A stretch of DNA of 63,809 nt, filler included, from Circinaria calcarea (GCA_051942165.1; 29 parts of 29 records of this genome joined end to end with filler, not necessarily neighbours in it), one strand, 5' to 3'; positions 24,737 through 37,596 are shown, counted from the first letter of the whole stretch. Notes: generated by a model not told the origin, from the sequence alone. Numbers and translations are program-made.

Positions 24737-26068
24737 GGAAGGCATTATCTGAACATTGGCCACGCGTGACGAACCTATCGGAGGAGGACAAAAGGGGGGG
24801 GAGGGGCGTTATGAGTCGGGTTGGGTTTTCTGGAAATAAAGGAACCAGGAATGTGTGAATTTCAATGTGGGTTACGGCTTTATGGATAACAGACCCCTAA
24901 ATGAAATGATGCCCCTTTTTTTTAAAAAAAAGAAATTTCTTTCTCGCAGTTGCGATACCGTGTAAAACGTCGGCATCATCCCAAAAACTTCTATTGTAGT
25001 GGTCTTCTTACCGGGCTAACGCAAGGTATTTCCTACATTACATGTAGTATGGAGAGTTGAAAATGAAAAAAATCTTTGTACAAGTATATCACTTGACCAT
25101 AGGGCTTTTTCACTTTTTCTTTTCTTTTCTTTTCTTTTCCTTTTCTCCTACAGGGGTCTAGTCTAGTCTAGTCTACTCTACTCTCCTCTCCGAGATGTAA
25201 AAAACACTCGGGAACTTATTCAACTAACTTGCAAAAACTACTAAACTTACAAGGAGAAAAGCGCCCCCTTTCCCTCTCGTCTCATCTTATCTTATCTCAT
25301 CTCATTCCCATTCGAAAAAATATCAAACCAAATGTTCCCAAATCTATAAAATCCCTCTTCCCCCCTAAATATCCTGCACATCCCCTGGGGGAGAAAACAA
25401 CCCCCCCGCCAGAGAAAAAAAACCTCGAAGCCGGAGGATAATATAACACAACACAAATTCCGCTGTGGGCATTCCGTTCACTGTCGGTCCTCACTTAGTC
25501 TTCTTCACTTCCCAAGATCCAAAACAGGTGGGAAAATATTTCCATCCCACAACCAAAAAAAAACCCCATCGGCAATCATCCGGCGGGGCGCTGGGTGGAC
25601 CTTGGACTACATTACTTACGGTTCTGACGCTTTTTGTAGCTTTTGATTCTCATCACCACCACCAAGGGCAGGCACCCCTTGCTCCCCTTCGATTTTGGAT
25701 GATCGCCGTCGAATTATGTGTGGCTGAGGTATCGATGCCTATTATTCCGAGTGCGTGCACAGGTCACTCACTCGCATGTGAAAAATGGGGCACGGTGTTT
25801 CAAGGGACGGGAGGAGGTCTTGCAGTAGTAGTAGGAGATAGGGAACAGGTTTTTCAATGCAGTCGAAAGGTCACGAGAAGATATGGAACCGAATAATTAT
25901 ATTCAATGGCTCGTCTCTGGAAGAAAGATTCAACTTTGGCTGTAGATATGATAGAGAAACGATGAGCTGCCAACTAACGTAATAAGGATCACGCGTCAAA
26001 CATGAGTCTTTGAAAAACGGAGTTGCCACCGCCCTACGGAACCAACTTGTGCGAAGATCTGATGTTTT

Positions 26069-26422
26069 TCATAGAGGGATCTTGAAGCGCCAGGTCTGAG
26101 TTTCTGGGGGTCTGTCAAAGTATGGCATGTATCCCAATACAGCATAAAAATTCTCGTCGGGGTCTTCGCTTCTACGGGTAGCTCTCACTTGATGGATCAC
26201 GAGCGGAGTTTTGGTGAGCTTCATATAAGAGATCTGGTAGTTACGGTCCCAGGTATCTTGCCCGAAATCCCCTTGCTTGCTGGGACAGTGAGGTTCGCAA
26301 CCCTGAATCTTCCTCTCCGGCCCGAAGCCGACATCCGGGCGCCAGTCATGGAGATTGAAGATTTTGACATATTCTCCTGCGATGCCTTCGTAGCTGAAGC
26401 CTCTGGGGTATTCAAAGTCTCC
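26069..26422 (-). CDS. Hypothetical protein, 3' part
   Basis: An uninterrupted 117-codon frame from the contig end (GDFEYPRGFSYEGIAGEYVKIFNLHDWRPD...TWRFKIPL*). No family recognised. Confidence 0.4.
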   Translation of the reverse strand, partial: GDFEYPRGFSYEGIAGEYVKIFNLHDWRPDVGFGPERKIQGCEPHCPSKQGDFGQDTWDRNYQISYMKLTKTPLVIHQVRATRRSEDPDENFYAVLGYMPYFDRPPETQTWRFKIPL

Positions 26423-26524
26423 CNNNNNNNNNNNNNNNNNNNNNNNNNNNNNNNNNNNNNNNNNNNNTTAATTAATTAANNNNNNNNNNNNNNNNNNNNN
26501 NNNNNNNNNNNNNNNNNNNNNNNG

Positions 26525-27334
26525 GACGGGAGGACCGTTGTGACTAGAGGTGGGGATGACACCGTCAAACTGTGGGACACTCGAAAATTCAAGCAAGCTG
26601 TTAGTACCGTCGAACATCAATCAACTTCAGGGCAATATCCAACGACCAACATATGCTTCGCGCCAAACTCTTCTTCCATCCTGACCGGTTCATCTACCGG
26701 CCATCTTCACATCTTGAATCCAGCTACACTAAAGCCGGAGCTGGTTACCCCTATCACCACTGGGTTTCCACTTATCACCGTTCTATGGCATGACAGGTTG
26801 AATCAGATCCTAACCGGCTCTACCAACGCGGAGACCCATGTACTCTACAACCCCAAAACATCAGTTCGAGGGGCATCGATGGTCATGTCGAAGGTCCCCA
26901 AGAGGCGTCACCTTGATGATGATCCTAATCTTACTGTTGATATGTCTGAAGGGTTATCCGGTGACAGTATTGTCAACCCCAATGGTCTTTTGACGGGTGC
27001 CAGTCAAGCATCGGCCAGCTATTCAGCAAGGCATCCCACCCTCGGATTGACAGCTTCGGGACGTTCTCGAGATCCCAGAAGGCCCCATATGCCCCTGACG
27101 ACTCCGTTTGCCAAAAGCCAACCGGACGAGCTCCACATCAAGAACAACATCCCACTTAGTTCGATGCGTGACGAAGATCCACGAGAGGCGTTACTCAAGT
27201 ATGCCGACAAAGCCGAAAAGGACCCCATGTTTACGAACGCTTGGAAGCACACCCAACCCAAGACTCTCTATGCTGAGCTGAGTGAGGAGGAGGAAGAGGA
27301 TGGTCCTGATAAGAAGAAACTTAGAAAGGAGTAG
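26525..27334 (+). CDS. WD40-repeat protein WDR70 homologue, 3' part
   Basis: TRGGDDTVKLWDTRKFK, SRDPRRPHMP, and DEDPREALLKYA..AEKDPMFTNAWKHTQPK, followed by a basic NLS-like tail. Confidence 0.88.
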   Translation, partial: DGRTVVTRGGDDTVKLWDTRKFKQAVSTVEHQSTSGQYPTTNICFAPNSSSILTGSSTGHLHILNPATLKPELVTPITTGFPLITVLWHDRLNQILTGSTNAETHVLYNPKTSVRGASMVMSKVPKRRHLDDDPNLTVDMSEGLSGDSIVNPNGLLTGASQASASYSARHPTLGLTASGRSRDPRRPHMPLTTPFAKSQPDELHIKNNIPLSSMRDEDPREALLKYADKAEKDPMFTNAWKHTQPKTLYAELSEEEEEDGPDKKKLRKE

Positions 27335-27732
27335 TGTGTACTTGCGTACGGATTGCTGCGATTTAGCGGGCGCGGGAGGGGGGATATTCTACATATACTT
27401 TGTACACCACCAATAAGCAAACCACAGAAAATGATGCATTGTACTGGGACAGAAAATGTCTGCCCTATCAACTCTGAAATGATGTGACCGAGGTTCCAAA
27501 ATCAGACTACTGCGCCTCGTGGTGCCGGCGCCCGCAATCAAGTCCGACATTTTCTTTTCCCTACAAATGTCAGGAATTCTTGGGATACCTTTGTATAGCC
27601 ATGTGTAGATAAAAAATCATCTTCGGGTCCTGTGTGTAGACTACTGTTCCGGGCCTCGTCAGATCTCTCAATCGCGGTTGTTTCATCTGGCATACGAATT
27701 AACAACCGAGCTGCATAGGAGTTCCCATTGGC

Positions 27733-28627
27733 ATGTACAGAGCGGTCAATGGGGATCGCACTGCGTTACCCTTTGGGCTTGGAGGAAACTTCTTCTCCGC
27801 CGCAGATAATGGGGACGCTGGATCTAAGCTACGAGAATGGTCCTCACTGATCGGCATTGTTACCGCCATCGTTGGGAATATTCTCATCTCCTTCGCATTG
27901 AACATCCAACGATACGCGCATATCCGGTTGAACCGAGAACGGATCCAGAGAACAGAGTCATGGCATGATGACAACAATAGAAAAAGAGGGGAGAGTAGTT
28001 ATGGCACAATACAGGAAGACATTGCGGAAGAGCGGGCGCAACTTAATCGGAAGGCTCCCATAGAAGATGAAGGGGACACCGCGCATCGAAGGCGTTATCA
28101 CGCCTATGAGCGTGGAGATGGTATAGAGACCTCTCCACTTCGAGGATCTCTACGTTCTCGCGGTACTTCTGAATCAACAATCAGGCAGTCAGAGAAGCAA
28201 GACCCGAACATGCAAAACACCCCCTACCTCCGATCTGCTTACTGGTGGGCTGGCATATTGCTCATGACCGTTGGCGAGGCTGGCAATTTTTTGGCCTATG
28301 GTTTTGCCCCGGCATCCATTGTCTCCCCTCTCGGAGTGGTGGCGCTTGTCTCCAATTGCATCATCGCTCCCTGCCTGTTGAAGGAACGCTTTCGGCAGAG
28401 AGACTTCTGGGGTGTTGCTATTGCAGTAGCCGGAGCAGTAACCGTCGTCCTTAGTGCAAAGACATCAGAGACCAGGATGGGACCGGATGATATATGGGCT
28501 GCAATTACTCGCTGGGAGTTTGAGCTCTATCTTGGGATCACTGCACTGATGATGAGTGTATTAGCATGGATGAGCGGAAAGTACGGGGAAAGGACTGTCT
28601 TCATTGATCTTGGGCTTGTTGGACTTT
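27733..28627 (+). CDS. NIPA/DUF803 family membrane protein (second subfamily), 5' part
   Basis: IGIVTAIVGNILISFALNIQRYAH and YLRSAYWWAGILLMTVGEAGNFLAYGFAPASIVSPLGVVAL. Confidence 0.93.
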
Positions 28628-28727
28628 NNNNNNNNNNNNNNNNNNNNNNNNNNNNNNNNNNNNNNNNNNNNTTAATTAATTAANNNNNNNNNNNNNNNNN
28701 NNNNNNNNNNNNNNNNNNNNNNNNNNN

Positions 28728-30088
28728 CTGACGTCTGGCCCTATGAACTCATCCTTGAATTCTGGCTGCTCTTGCTCCTTTGCAACAAATTTAACCCTAA
28801 CCTTCCTGACGCCTCTGACCTTGGAACCAATTCGTATCCGTACCGCATCTTCGATTTGTCGTATCTGCTGTACAGACCAACTCCCTGGTACGGCAAGTTC
28901 AATGTCCATGAGATAGTTTTGTCCGGCTTTGATGCCTTGAACATCGCGGACCTCAACATCTGATCCACTGAAAGATTCTGTCATGTTGTTGAAAGCTGTT
29001 TCGGTCAAGGCCTTATTCGCAGATCGTCGTACTACTCTCTTGATTTCATCATCGACTCCCATATCCATAAGCTCATAGATTGCCGACACCGTATTACTGA
29101 AGCCCGCCTTAATCACCATAAGTGAGACAATAAGACCGCCAACCGGATCAAGCCAGGTAGCCCCGTTGAAAAAATGGGAACCCCCAATGGCGACAAGCGC
29201 AACAATGCTGGTGAGGGAATCAACTCGATGATGGACTGCGTTCGAAGCGAGGACAGACGACTTGCGCTCCTTGGCTATTTTCAAAGCTAAGACATGAAAA
29301 GTCAGCCGGATTTATTATGAGCAATGACTGGTATGCATACTTGCGCGGTATAGATACTCCTTCACAACTATTGAGCCCGCAGCCAGCCATGCTGCATTGA
29401 GATTGGGGATGAGGTCAGCCGCGTTATGACTATGTGAGTGGCCCAATAGGCCGTGAGCATGCTCGGCTGCCGCTGCTGCAGTATCTGCAAAGAACTGTAG
29501 ATACAAGACACTGCATGCATTTTGCCCCATCAAGACCCCTCCCACCAGCAGTAATCCACTGACCATCAGTGACCCGAAACTCTCAACTTTGCCAAAACCA
29601 TTGGGGTATTGACTTGTCGGCGGTCTTAAAGCCACTGATATGGTGGCCAAGGTCATGACATCCGATACCATATCTGTAAGAGCGTGGAACCCATCAGCGA
29701 CCAGAGCTTGGGAGTTAAAGTAATACCCTCCAATGCCTTTGCTTATGGCCATTGCAAAGTTGACATACAACCCCAAGCGTGTAATTCGGACGCCAGCATC
29801 TTTCTTGTTGGTGGATGTCAGGTAGACATTGCCGTGATGTGAATGGGAATGACCGGAATGGCTTCGGGTTTGAGTGGTGGAAGACATGATTGAAGGAGAC
29901 GGCTGCCTGAGGATGGATTGCGCGCTCCCAAACACCTTCGAAGATGGGGTAGCAGAGTAATTCGAAAGATCGAATGAATGGGTATATATTATGCAACTCT
30001 GCAGCTTCGTGACGCGGTTACGTGTCCTTGAGTTTCGGTAGGCTGTGCTTAGTCGGTACCTCAATGGGTGGCTGTACAGGGTCCGCAT
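28728..30088 (-). CDS. Mitochondrial cation diffusion facilitator (Mmt1/Mmt2-like metal transporter), 3' end missing
   Basis: His-rich HSGHSHSHH, GVRITRLGLYVN, SQALVADGFHALTD, GFGKVES, SNAVHHRVDSLTS and WLDPVGG. Intron at 29287-29340. Confidence 0.93.
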
Positions 30089-30442
30089 CTGGAAGTTCAA
30101 GGTCTGGTCCGAATACACAATAGCACGCCCTTTAAACGGTCTGCCAACGTTCTACCCAATTCTTTGTCGCTTTGACCTGGGAATATACTCTTCATCATCC
30201 TACAGGGACATATTTACGTGATTCTACAATTCGCCGTAGCGCAAAGGGACTTAATTGGCTGCGTGCAATCGGTATCTCGATTTGCCGATCCGCGCTGCAA
30301 CTCTTAATCCGATGGACCCTAATAGGCTTAGCCCGGTCCTTAACTGATCGTCCATTCACTCGATGACGCTTTGTTATGGGAGATTTTTGCTGAACACCAC
30401 CCCAGATGCTCATCGCCGAGCAAAACCAATGATGCATCCTCC

Positions 30443-30831
30443 ATGCAAAAGCCTCTTATGCGAATACCCTATACGGGCCCTTTGCCGCCACCCATCATAA
30501 TACCACAAACTGCCAATACTTCTTCCGGAGCTGTTCACGCACTCCGCAGTTTCCTTTCCGCTGTCCCATCAACGAAGCTCAGTCCACCCAACCAAGTCGG
30601 AAATACCAAGACGGTTCTGCTCACCGGTGCCGGCATATCTGTAGCATCGGGCTTGGCGGACTATCGTGGTACTGGCGGGACCTATACGCTGAACAAAACA
30701 TATCGCCCCATCTATTACAACGAGTTCATAAGCAATCATGAGGCTAGGAAGCGTTATTGGGCAAGGAGCTTCTTGGGATGGACCAATTTGCACAAGGCAA
30801 GGCCGAATAGTGCGCACTGGGCCGTGAAGAG
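30443..30831 (+). CDS. Sir2-family (SIRT4-like) NAD-dependent deacylase, 5' part
   Basis: TVLLTGAGISVASGLADYRG, YRPIYYNEF, RKRYWARSFLGW and PNSAH. Confidence 0.92.
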
Positions 30832-30957
30832 NNNNNNNNNNNNNNNNNNNNNNNNNNNNNNNNNNNNNNNNNNNNTTAATTAATTAANNNNNNNNNNNNN
30901 NNNNNNNNNNNNNNNNNNNNNNNNNNNNNNNTGACATTCAGCCTCTTGTACAAGAAG

Positions 30958-32025
30958 ATGCATTCCTCGATCCCTCTTTTTGCCCTTTTCGCGGCGGGCG
31001 TCTTAGGGTCTCCATTGAGCCTGTTCGACAGGCTCCAACTCAAAAACATCGTCAGGGATGTAGTTACGGAGGTGGCCGTGACTCAAGTTGTCACTGTCAC
31101 CGTCTTTGGCCAGGCGCCCACTGCTACCAGCACATCTGCAATCGCCAAGGTGCACAAAGCTTATTACTCGGGTGCTTATCGTCACTGGCACCACACTCGT
31201 CCAAGGTCCACCAGAATGTCCACGAGAATGATGATTTCAACCGTATTGCCTCCTTCCACGAGTTCGATTCCTGCGGCAGTCTCGCCGACTTCGATCAGCA
31301 CGTCAGAAGATGAGGCAACTGACGTCGTGGATGTGCCCACAACTTCTGACGCCGTGGATGTATCTACAACTTCTGACGTCGTGGATGTATCTACAACTTC
31401 TGACGTCGTGGATGTATCTACAACTTCTGACGTCGTGGATGTATCTACAACTTCTGACGTCGTGGTCGTACCCACAACTTCTGAAGTCGTTTCCGTACCT
31501 ACATCGACTCCCTCCGCTGCAGCACCTAGTTCCGTGTCAACGCCTTCAGACGGCTCACCTCTGTCCGGTGGCATTTCCCTCCTGACGACCGTCAACAAAT
31601 ATCGTCAGCTTTATTCCCTTCCTACATTGTCTTGGTCCTCGGTTCTCACTGAAAATGCCCTCAAAACCGGCACCGACGGCGGCGGCGTCACTCAAACCCA
31701 CCAACTCAACCCCGGTTCCTTCGCCCAGGTCATCACTCCCGGGATGTCGACAGCTGTGGTTGATTTGGGCGGCGACACCCCCTTCGAGTTGTCTTACGTA
31801 GCATGGTTGTGCGAAGTCAGCTCCGACTCCCAACTGAGTGCCGGAGGGGTCAATCAATGCGATCTGGTCGAGAAGGTCTTACACATGAGATATAGTAGCA
31901 CGGGACATTACGACATCTTGACCAGTAAGAAATACACGCAGATTGGGTGTGCCTTCGCGCGCAATCCAGGGGCAGCTGCTACATCGGTCTATCAGGGACT
32001 TTGGGTGTGTGATTTGGCTTTTTGA
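30958..32025 (+). CDS. Secreted Ser/Thr-rich protein with C-terminal CAP/SCP-like domain
   Basis: Signal peptide MHSSIPLFALFAAGVLG, then Thr/Ser repeats, then VNKYRQLYSLPTLSWS...GHYDILTSKKYTQIGCAF...WVCDL. Confidence 0.8.
   Translation: MHSSIPLFALFAAGVLGSPLSLFDRLQLKNIVRDVVTEVAVTQVVTVTVFGQAPTATSTSAIAKVHKAYYSGAYRHWHHTRPRSTRMSTRMMISTVLPPSTSSIPAAVSPTSISTSEDEATDVVDVPTTSDAVDVSTTSDVVDVSTTSDVVDVSTTSDVVDVSTTSDVVVVPTTSEVVSVPTSTPSAAAPSSVSTPSDGSPLSGGISLLTTVNKYRQLYSLPTLSWSSVLTENALKTGTDGGGVTQTHQLNPGSFAQVITPGMSTAVVDLGGDTPFELSYVAWLCEVSSDSQLSAGGVNQCDLVEKVLHMRYSSTGHYDILTSKKYTQIGCAFARNPGAAATSVYQGLWVCDLAF
31339..31491 (+). repeat. 27-bp coding minisatellite (TTSDVVDVS), about 6 copies
   Basis: ACAACTTCTGACGTCGTGGATGTATCT units at a 27-bp period. 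Confidence 0.95.
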
Positions 32026-33134
32026 GGATAGCCATGATGATGTCGGCTACAAAACTTTTGATTGATGTATTGCCGAGATCTCTCTTCTTTTCGTTCCTTC
32101 AGTGGTCTGCAGAGCAGTCTGGATTTTTGCCTTTTTACCTTCTTTTATAGATACAGATTACTTTTCATAAGCATGATGGATATACACTTGAACACTTACA
32201 CAAGCCTGCTGCAGTTTCACATAAACTCAGGCATCCCAACAAGATGACTGAAACGTGTCGCTCAGTAGCAGTAAGATATCAGAGCTGTTCGCCTGATCTA
32301 TAGTCTAGACGAGTATGCAGTTGCCAAAGCTTGTTGATCCAGAGCCCGGCCGATGACGATTCTAGAGAGTATCCAGAAGGACGGTGATGGAAGAGGGGAC
32401 CAGGGAATGCTGCAATTAAGCTGTGCGGGGAAAGCTTAGATTTCGCCTGGCGACTGAAACATCCAACGGTCGCGGTTGATTGGCCGGGTTACTACCGGTA
32501 ATGCCTGCATAGATTCGCGACACGACCTGCCAAGTCTGGCCGAGCATTCCGAAGGTCTTGACGGGATCAATCAAGTATCTGAGATAATGCACATCAAAGA
32601 GTACGGGGTACAGTATCCTCTATCCAGTTATCCATGGGAAAATGGATGATGGACATCATTGTCGTTGCACCGGCTCCACAAAACGGCGACGGTGATCTCG
32701 GTAGATTCCGCCACTTGTTCAGCGTATTACGGCAGAGGAGGCCAATCGATTGGTATCTCCATCACACAAGAGCATTGACGCATGTGGAATCATCCAAACA
32801 AATGTCTGCCATCTGCCAGGTATCCTCATTGAACCTCCAGATCCGAGGCATCATCCGTCCATCTGCAATGAATCCTGAACAGGAATGTTCATTCCTCACG
32901 GCCGCTTGCACCTGGCTATGTTTATCGTCATCCCTTCCCACATCCCACAGTGCCTCTCACAATACTTTGCTAGATATCGGAGGCAATCTAAACAAGGACA
33001 ATGTCTCCTCTTGTGACCTTATCATGCCTTTACCNNNNNNNNNNNNNNNNNNNNNNNNNNNNNNNNNNNNNNNNNNNNTTAATTAATTAANNNNNNNNNN
33101 NNNNNNNNNNNNNNNNNNNNNNNNNNNNNNNNNN

Positions 33135-34370
33135 TTTGAGTATTTAATATCAGTCATCTTCTTGGTCAAAATGTCAGCACGCAGAGCTTCGATGAGACCT
33201 GGCGTGTTGGTACTCGGAGAATTAAGCTGAGTGGTTACGGCACGGGCACGTGATAAAGGTCCTTTGGCAAAGTACGCCAGTGACGTCTATGAGAGTCGAG
33301 TCAGTTGGAGTTAAACAGGGTGAAGCTCACTTTTACCTTTGAAATGTACAGTGATTCTTGATATTGGGCTCGGATGAGGTGCTGTATACTTTGAATACTG
33401 GCAGCGTAATCTTGGTTGTTGTCCTCAGAAACCTGCGTTGCCTTGCTCTCGTCCACTTGGGGGCCATGATTAGTGTTTTGGAGACTCAAGTCTCCCGCCA
33501 TTTTTGAAGCTCTTTCCGATGCCCGATCGTAGGATTCTGAATTATTCTGTGGTGGTGTCGGTTCCTCCACTCCATGTGCCATTGCTAGGGGGGGAGATGG
33601 AGGCCTCATCGACAGTCGAATCCGCTTCGTGCCTGGCACTTCCTGATAACCTGGGTAACTTTGCGTACCGAGATCGACAGCGGCCGCCCTCCACCACACA
33701 TTCCCCTCAACATGCTCTTTTCCCTGATATTTACTCATTGGTCTTTGGGGGACTCGAAGCACCTGTTGGAAATCTTCCAGTGTTACCCAACTCCTTAATT
33801 TGACCAATACATAGAATGTCTTTCTAGCCAACGACACCGCATAAAGTCCAGACCCATCGACATCTTCAACTATCATAACCTTCGAGCCACTGTGCGCTAG
33901 CAGTGTACCGCTCTCACTCTGAAGGTCCAAGGCCCAGAGGCTGGTAAGACACCCAGAGAATATCCGGGATTGTTTTTCCGGGTCGTCCACATCAATGAAG
34001 GCGAGTGGAAGGTCTGAGCGCGAAATGAGCAATCTGGGGTTCAGATTGAGAGGTTTAGAGTCGAAAGCGTCTTGATCCTGGCGGACGGTAAATTGGCGAG
34101 GTTGCTGGTCGTCAGGGTAGTATTGCTGTGATTGCAAATTTAGCTATGTATATCTTTATCGGAGTCTCCAAGCTATACATTTATGGCGAAAGGGCCCCCC
34201 AGACTGCTATCTACGCGCTTGCGTTTTTGACCGGAACATTCTAGCTTCGATGGATCGGAAAACGAGTTGAGTGAGCTTCCCGATAAGGGTTGCAAAGCCT
34301 CATGGTCTGTCCTGTTTACATGGCGGACACCCAGCTTCTTGGACAACGAGGCATTGATTGAAGGATCCAT
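33135..34370 (-). CDS. SLD3: DNA replication regulator Sld3, 5' part
   Basis: LLISRSDLPLAFID and IRAQYQESLYISK|TSLAYFAKGPLSRARA. Two introns. Confidence 0.8.
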
Positions 34371-34736
34371 TTCCTAAAGATAGAAATGTGTTGCACATGG
34401 CGTGAAGGATGAAATCTAATAGAAGGTTCCTTGGAAGAAAGACGCTGTGAAGATGATTGCAGACGAATGAATTGTTCACTCTAGATAGTCTTCCGTAAGT
34501 GGATCGCGTCCGAGGCGCGCCAGGTTCCACCGAGGTATACCGCTATGGTACGTCATGGTGTTGAATGTGTCCAACTCGCCTACGAAGTACCTTCGTATTC
34601 AAGGCGTTCTCTACCCTCCAACGGTTGTATGGCTACTAAGTTTGTTGCAGCGCGTAGTTCCTGTTTATACCTCCGCAATAGCTAATGGCCCACATGCCCT
34701 CGTGGTCCGACGCTCTGGAAAACATATTCTACACCA

Positions 34737-35236
34737 ATGGCCTCTCCATCATCTCGCAAACCCCTCAGCTTCCTCGATCTACCCCTGGAACTCCGACTTC
34801 AAATATACCGTCATCTAAAATATGAGAGGAACCCTTTCCACCGGCACGTAAGATCCAATCTCCCACAAGTCGCCTTTTCCTTCCATCCGGCTATCCTACG
34901 CACCAACCGCCTAATCAGCAATGAAGCCCAGACGATATTCTGGGGCGAGAACTGGTGGAACATCGACATCTGCTACAGTTTCAATTATTTTCGCCGATTC
35001 TACCTCAACCCGGACAATATGCGGCAGTTCTCTTTAATGCGGAGGTTCCGTCTCCAGTTTGTATTGGATCGCACTATTCTGTCAGAATACCCGTCGTACG
35101 GCTTGGAGAAATACATGCGGAATACCTTCGAGTACGCAGTCAAGGTGCTGGAAATTTTACCTCGGGTGTCGGGGCTCCAGGTGGAAGTCTGCTGGTGTGA
35201 TACTGTACGTGCGGGAAGCTGGGAGGAGAAGAGCTG
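34737..35236 (+). CDS. F-box-like hypothetical protein, 5' part
   Basis: LSFLDLPLELRLQIYRHL and PAILRTNRLISNEAQTIFWGENWW, a common fungal F-box-like architecture. Confidence 0.7.
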
Positions 35237-35336
35237 NNNNNNNNNNNNNNNNNNNNNNNNNNNNNNNNNNNNNNNNNNNNTTAATTAATTAANNNNNNNN
35301 NNNNNNNNNNNNNNNNNNNNNNNNNNNNNNNNNNNN

Positions 35337-37438
35337 ACATCCAGTCCGCTCCTCACACCGTCTCGCATCGATGAAGAGAGGCAAAAATATGTTGCTCAGG
35401 TCTCGAGGAAAAGAGGGGGTCCCTCAGGTTCAGGAACAGAGAAGGAGCTACGGAAGATTCATGAGAAGTTCACTCAACGGAGACGCGCCGAGTTTATACG
35501 GAGGCTCTCAGAGACTTCGTGCCTTGTGACTGTTGGATGTGTGAGCTTTTACGGCGCTGGAGTGAATCTCGAATCTTTCGGACAGACGGTCACAAGCTTG
35601 TACTCTCAAAAGTCCATGGACGCTCCATCTCATTATGTCCACCTAGGTTTGTTCAATTACGCTGTCCTTCTGGCTGTTATATACCTTGCGTACCCACTTC
35701 GACTACTTTGGGATATCAACAAAACTGCCCGTGGTGTACACGAGTTGAGCGGCCTACGTGTTCCAGCAGCCTTCGACCCTGCTCCTCTGCTTTATCCGGT
35801 GCTGCTTCCTGTATTTGCTGCTGTGTCGCTCTCATCGACAAATCCACAATTCGTAATGCCGAACCTTATCCTTAGCCTTTCTTCGATACCCCTAAAAGTT
35901 TTACCCTTCAGCAGCTGTCATTCCGGTTCAATACATTGGTTCCTCTCCCTAATTCCTCTATCCATGGCCACCTCTTCACATGCGATAGTGCCGTACGCTC
36001 CACAAAGCTCAGCGAACCGATCGCCTTATCCCGCTGAGGTTCTTGCACTTCTTCCATTCCTACATCAGGCCTTGGTTCCGACTCTTGGCTTCCTAACAAC
36101 CACAAGCTTATTACCGGCAGAGTTGCAATTGCTCTCGGTGTCACTCATCAACCTATTGGTCCTGTCTATTTCACCTCAAGCCGTTGTCCTGAAGGCATTA
36201 CTGTGGATCGGTGGCTTGTCTTTGTTTGTATTCTGTCGGTATGTCCTGCGATGGGCTGTGGAAATTGCACGAGTCCCAAGCTGGCGTTTCCGCCAGTCCC
36301 GCTCCCGCACCAGAAAAGGTAATTTACTCCTACTTACTATTGACGATTATCTGAAAGAGCGCCTAAGATCATGGCCTTCATTTCAAAGTAAGGTGGAAAG
36401 CTCAGAAGAAGATGATAATCCCAGCTTGCCCATTAAGAGCCCATGTAAAAAACGACCAGAAAGCCATGAACGGGGTCAACATCCTAGGGGCATGGGCTTG
36501 GTGTGCATTGACAGCTTGGTTGATGGATTTGAAAACGGGCTGGGTCAGTTAGACGGCTCAGTTGATTTATACCTTACAGGTGAAAGCCCTCGCCGACGGC
36601 ATACCATACCAACATACTTTAATGCGCCGCCGGACAAAAATACTCTGAAAAAGACACAATCGAATTCGCATAATCAACCGCGTTCACGGCACATTCGGCT
36701 CAAATCTCTTAGGTCTCTGACCGCTGCTCAAGCGCAGGTCCTCAGATGGTTTTACGCTTCCTACGTCTACTTAGTAGTTGTCTTCACGATAGCTTTCCCC
36801 ATCAGGTCATACATCAGCCGCTGGTCCTTACACGGTAACGAGCCAGTGGGGTGGGCTCTAGGCTACATATTCGGAGACATTCCATCTTTTCGACTTTGGA
36901 CAGTCATGTGGAATCTGGAATGGTGGATTTGTTTACCACCAAGGGAAACATATAATGCAAACTCATTGGGGTGGGCAGAGAGGCTCCGTTTGGTTCGCTT
37001 TGGTGCTGCCAACACTCGACTACTTATCAGTGGTTACTGCGTTGGGGTAATTGCGATGGGTCTGGTCGTCGTCATGAGGTTAAGTGCAATTGCCGAAGTG
37101 GACACACGGCGGAAGGTCTTCCATGGTATGATGGTTGTTATGTTCTTGCCCGCCATTTTCTTCGATCCAGCCTTTGCTGCCCTTGCTTTGGCCCTCGTCC
37201 TCGCGATCTTCCTTCTCCTCGATCTTTTTCGTGCGTCTCAGCTCCCACCACTCTCGAAGCCCTTGACATATTTCCTTGCCCCTTATGTTGATGGGAGGGA
37301 TCACCGTGGACCGGTCATCGTGTCGCACATTTTTCTTCTGATCGGATGTGCTATACCACTATGGTTGTCCCTGACTGACACCCCTCGAAGTGGTATATTG
37401 GATTTTGAAGGCTGGGATGTTACCACCCGAGATTTGGG
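35337..37438 (+). CDS. SEC59: Dolichol kinase (Sec59-like), internal part
   Basis: A single frame is open across the whole contig. Contains VDTRRKVFHG and YVDGRDHRGPVIVSHIFLLIGCAIPLWL plus many TM segments. Confidence 0.88.
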
Positions 37439-37596
37439 NNNNNNNNNNNNNNNNNNNNNNNNNNNNNNNNNNNNNNNNNNNNTTAATTAATTAANNNNNN
37501 NNNNNNNNNNNNNNNNNNNNNNNNNNNNNNNNNNNNNNATGCCTGCCTGCCCACTCCATATGCGCGCCCAGTCACTAGTCGCCTTGGCTCCACCAA

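Noticed and set aside
32300..33034. 150-aa ORF at the contig end
   Set aside because: No family recognised and no consistent exon structure.
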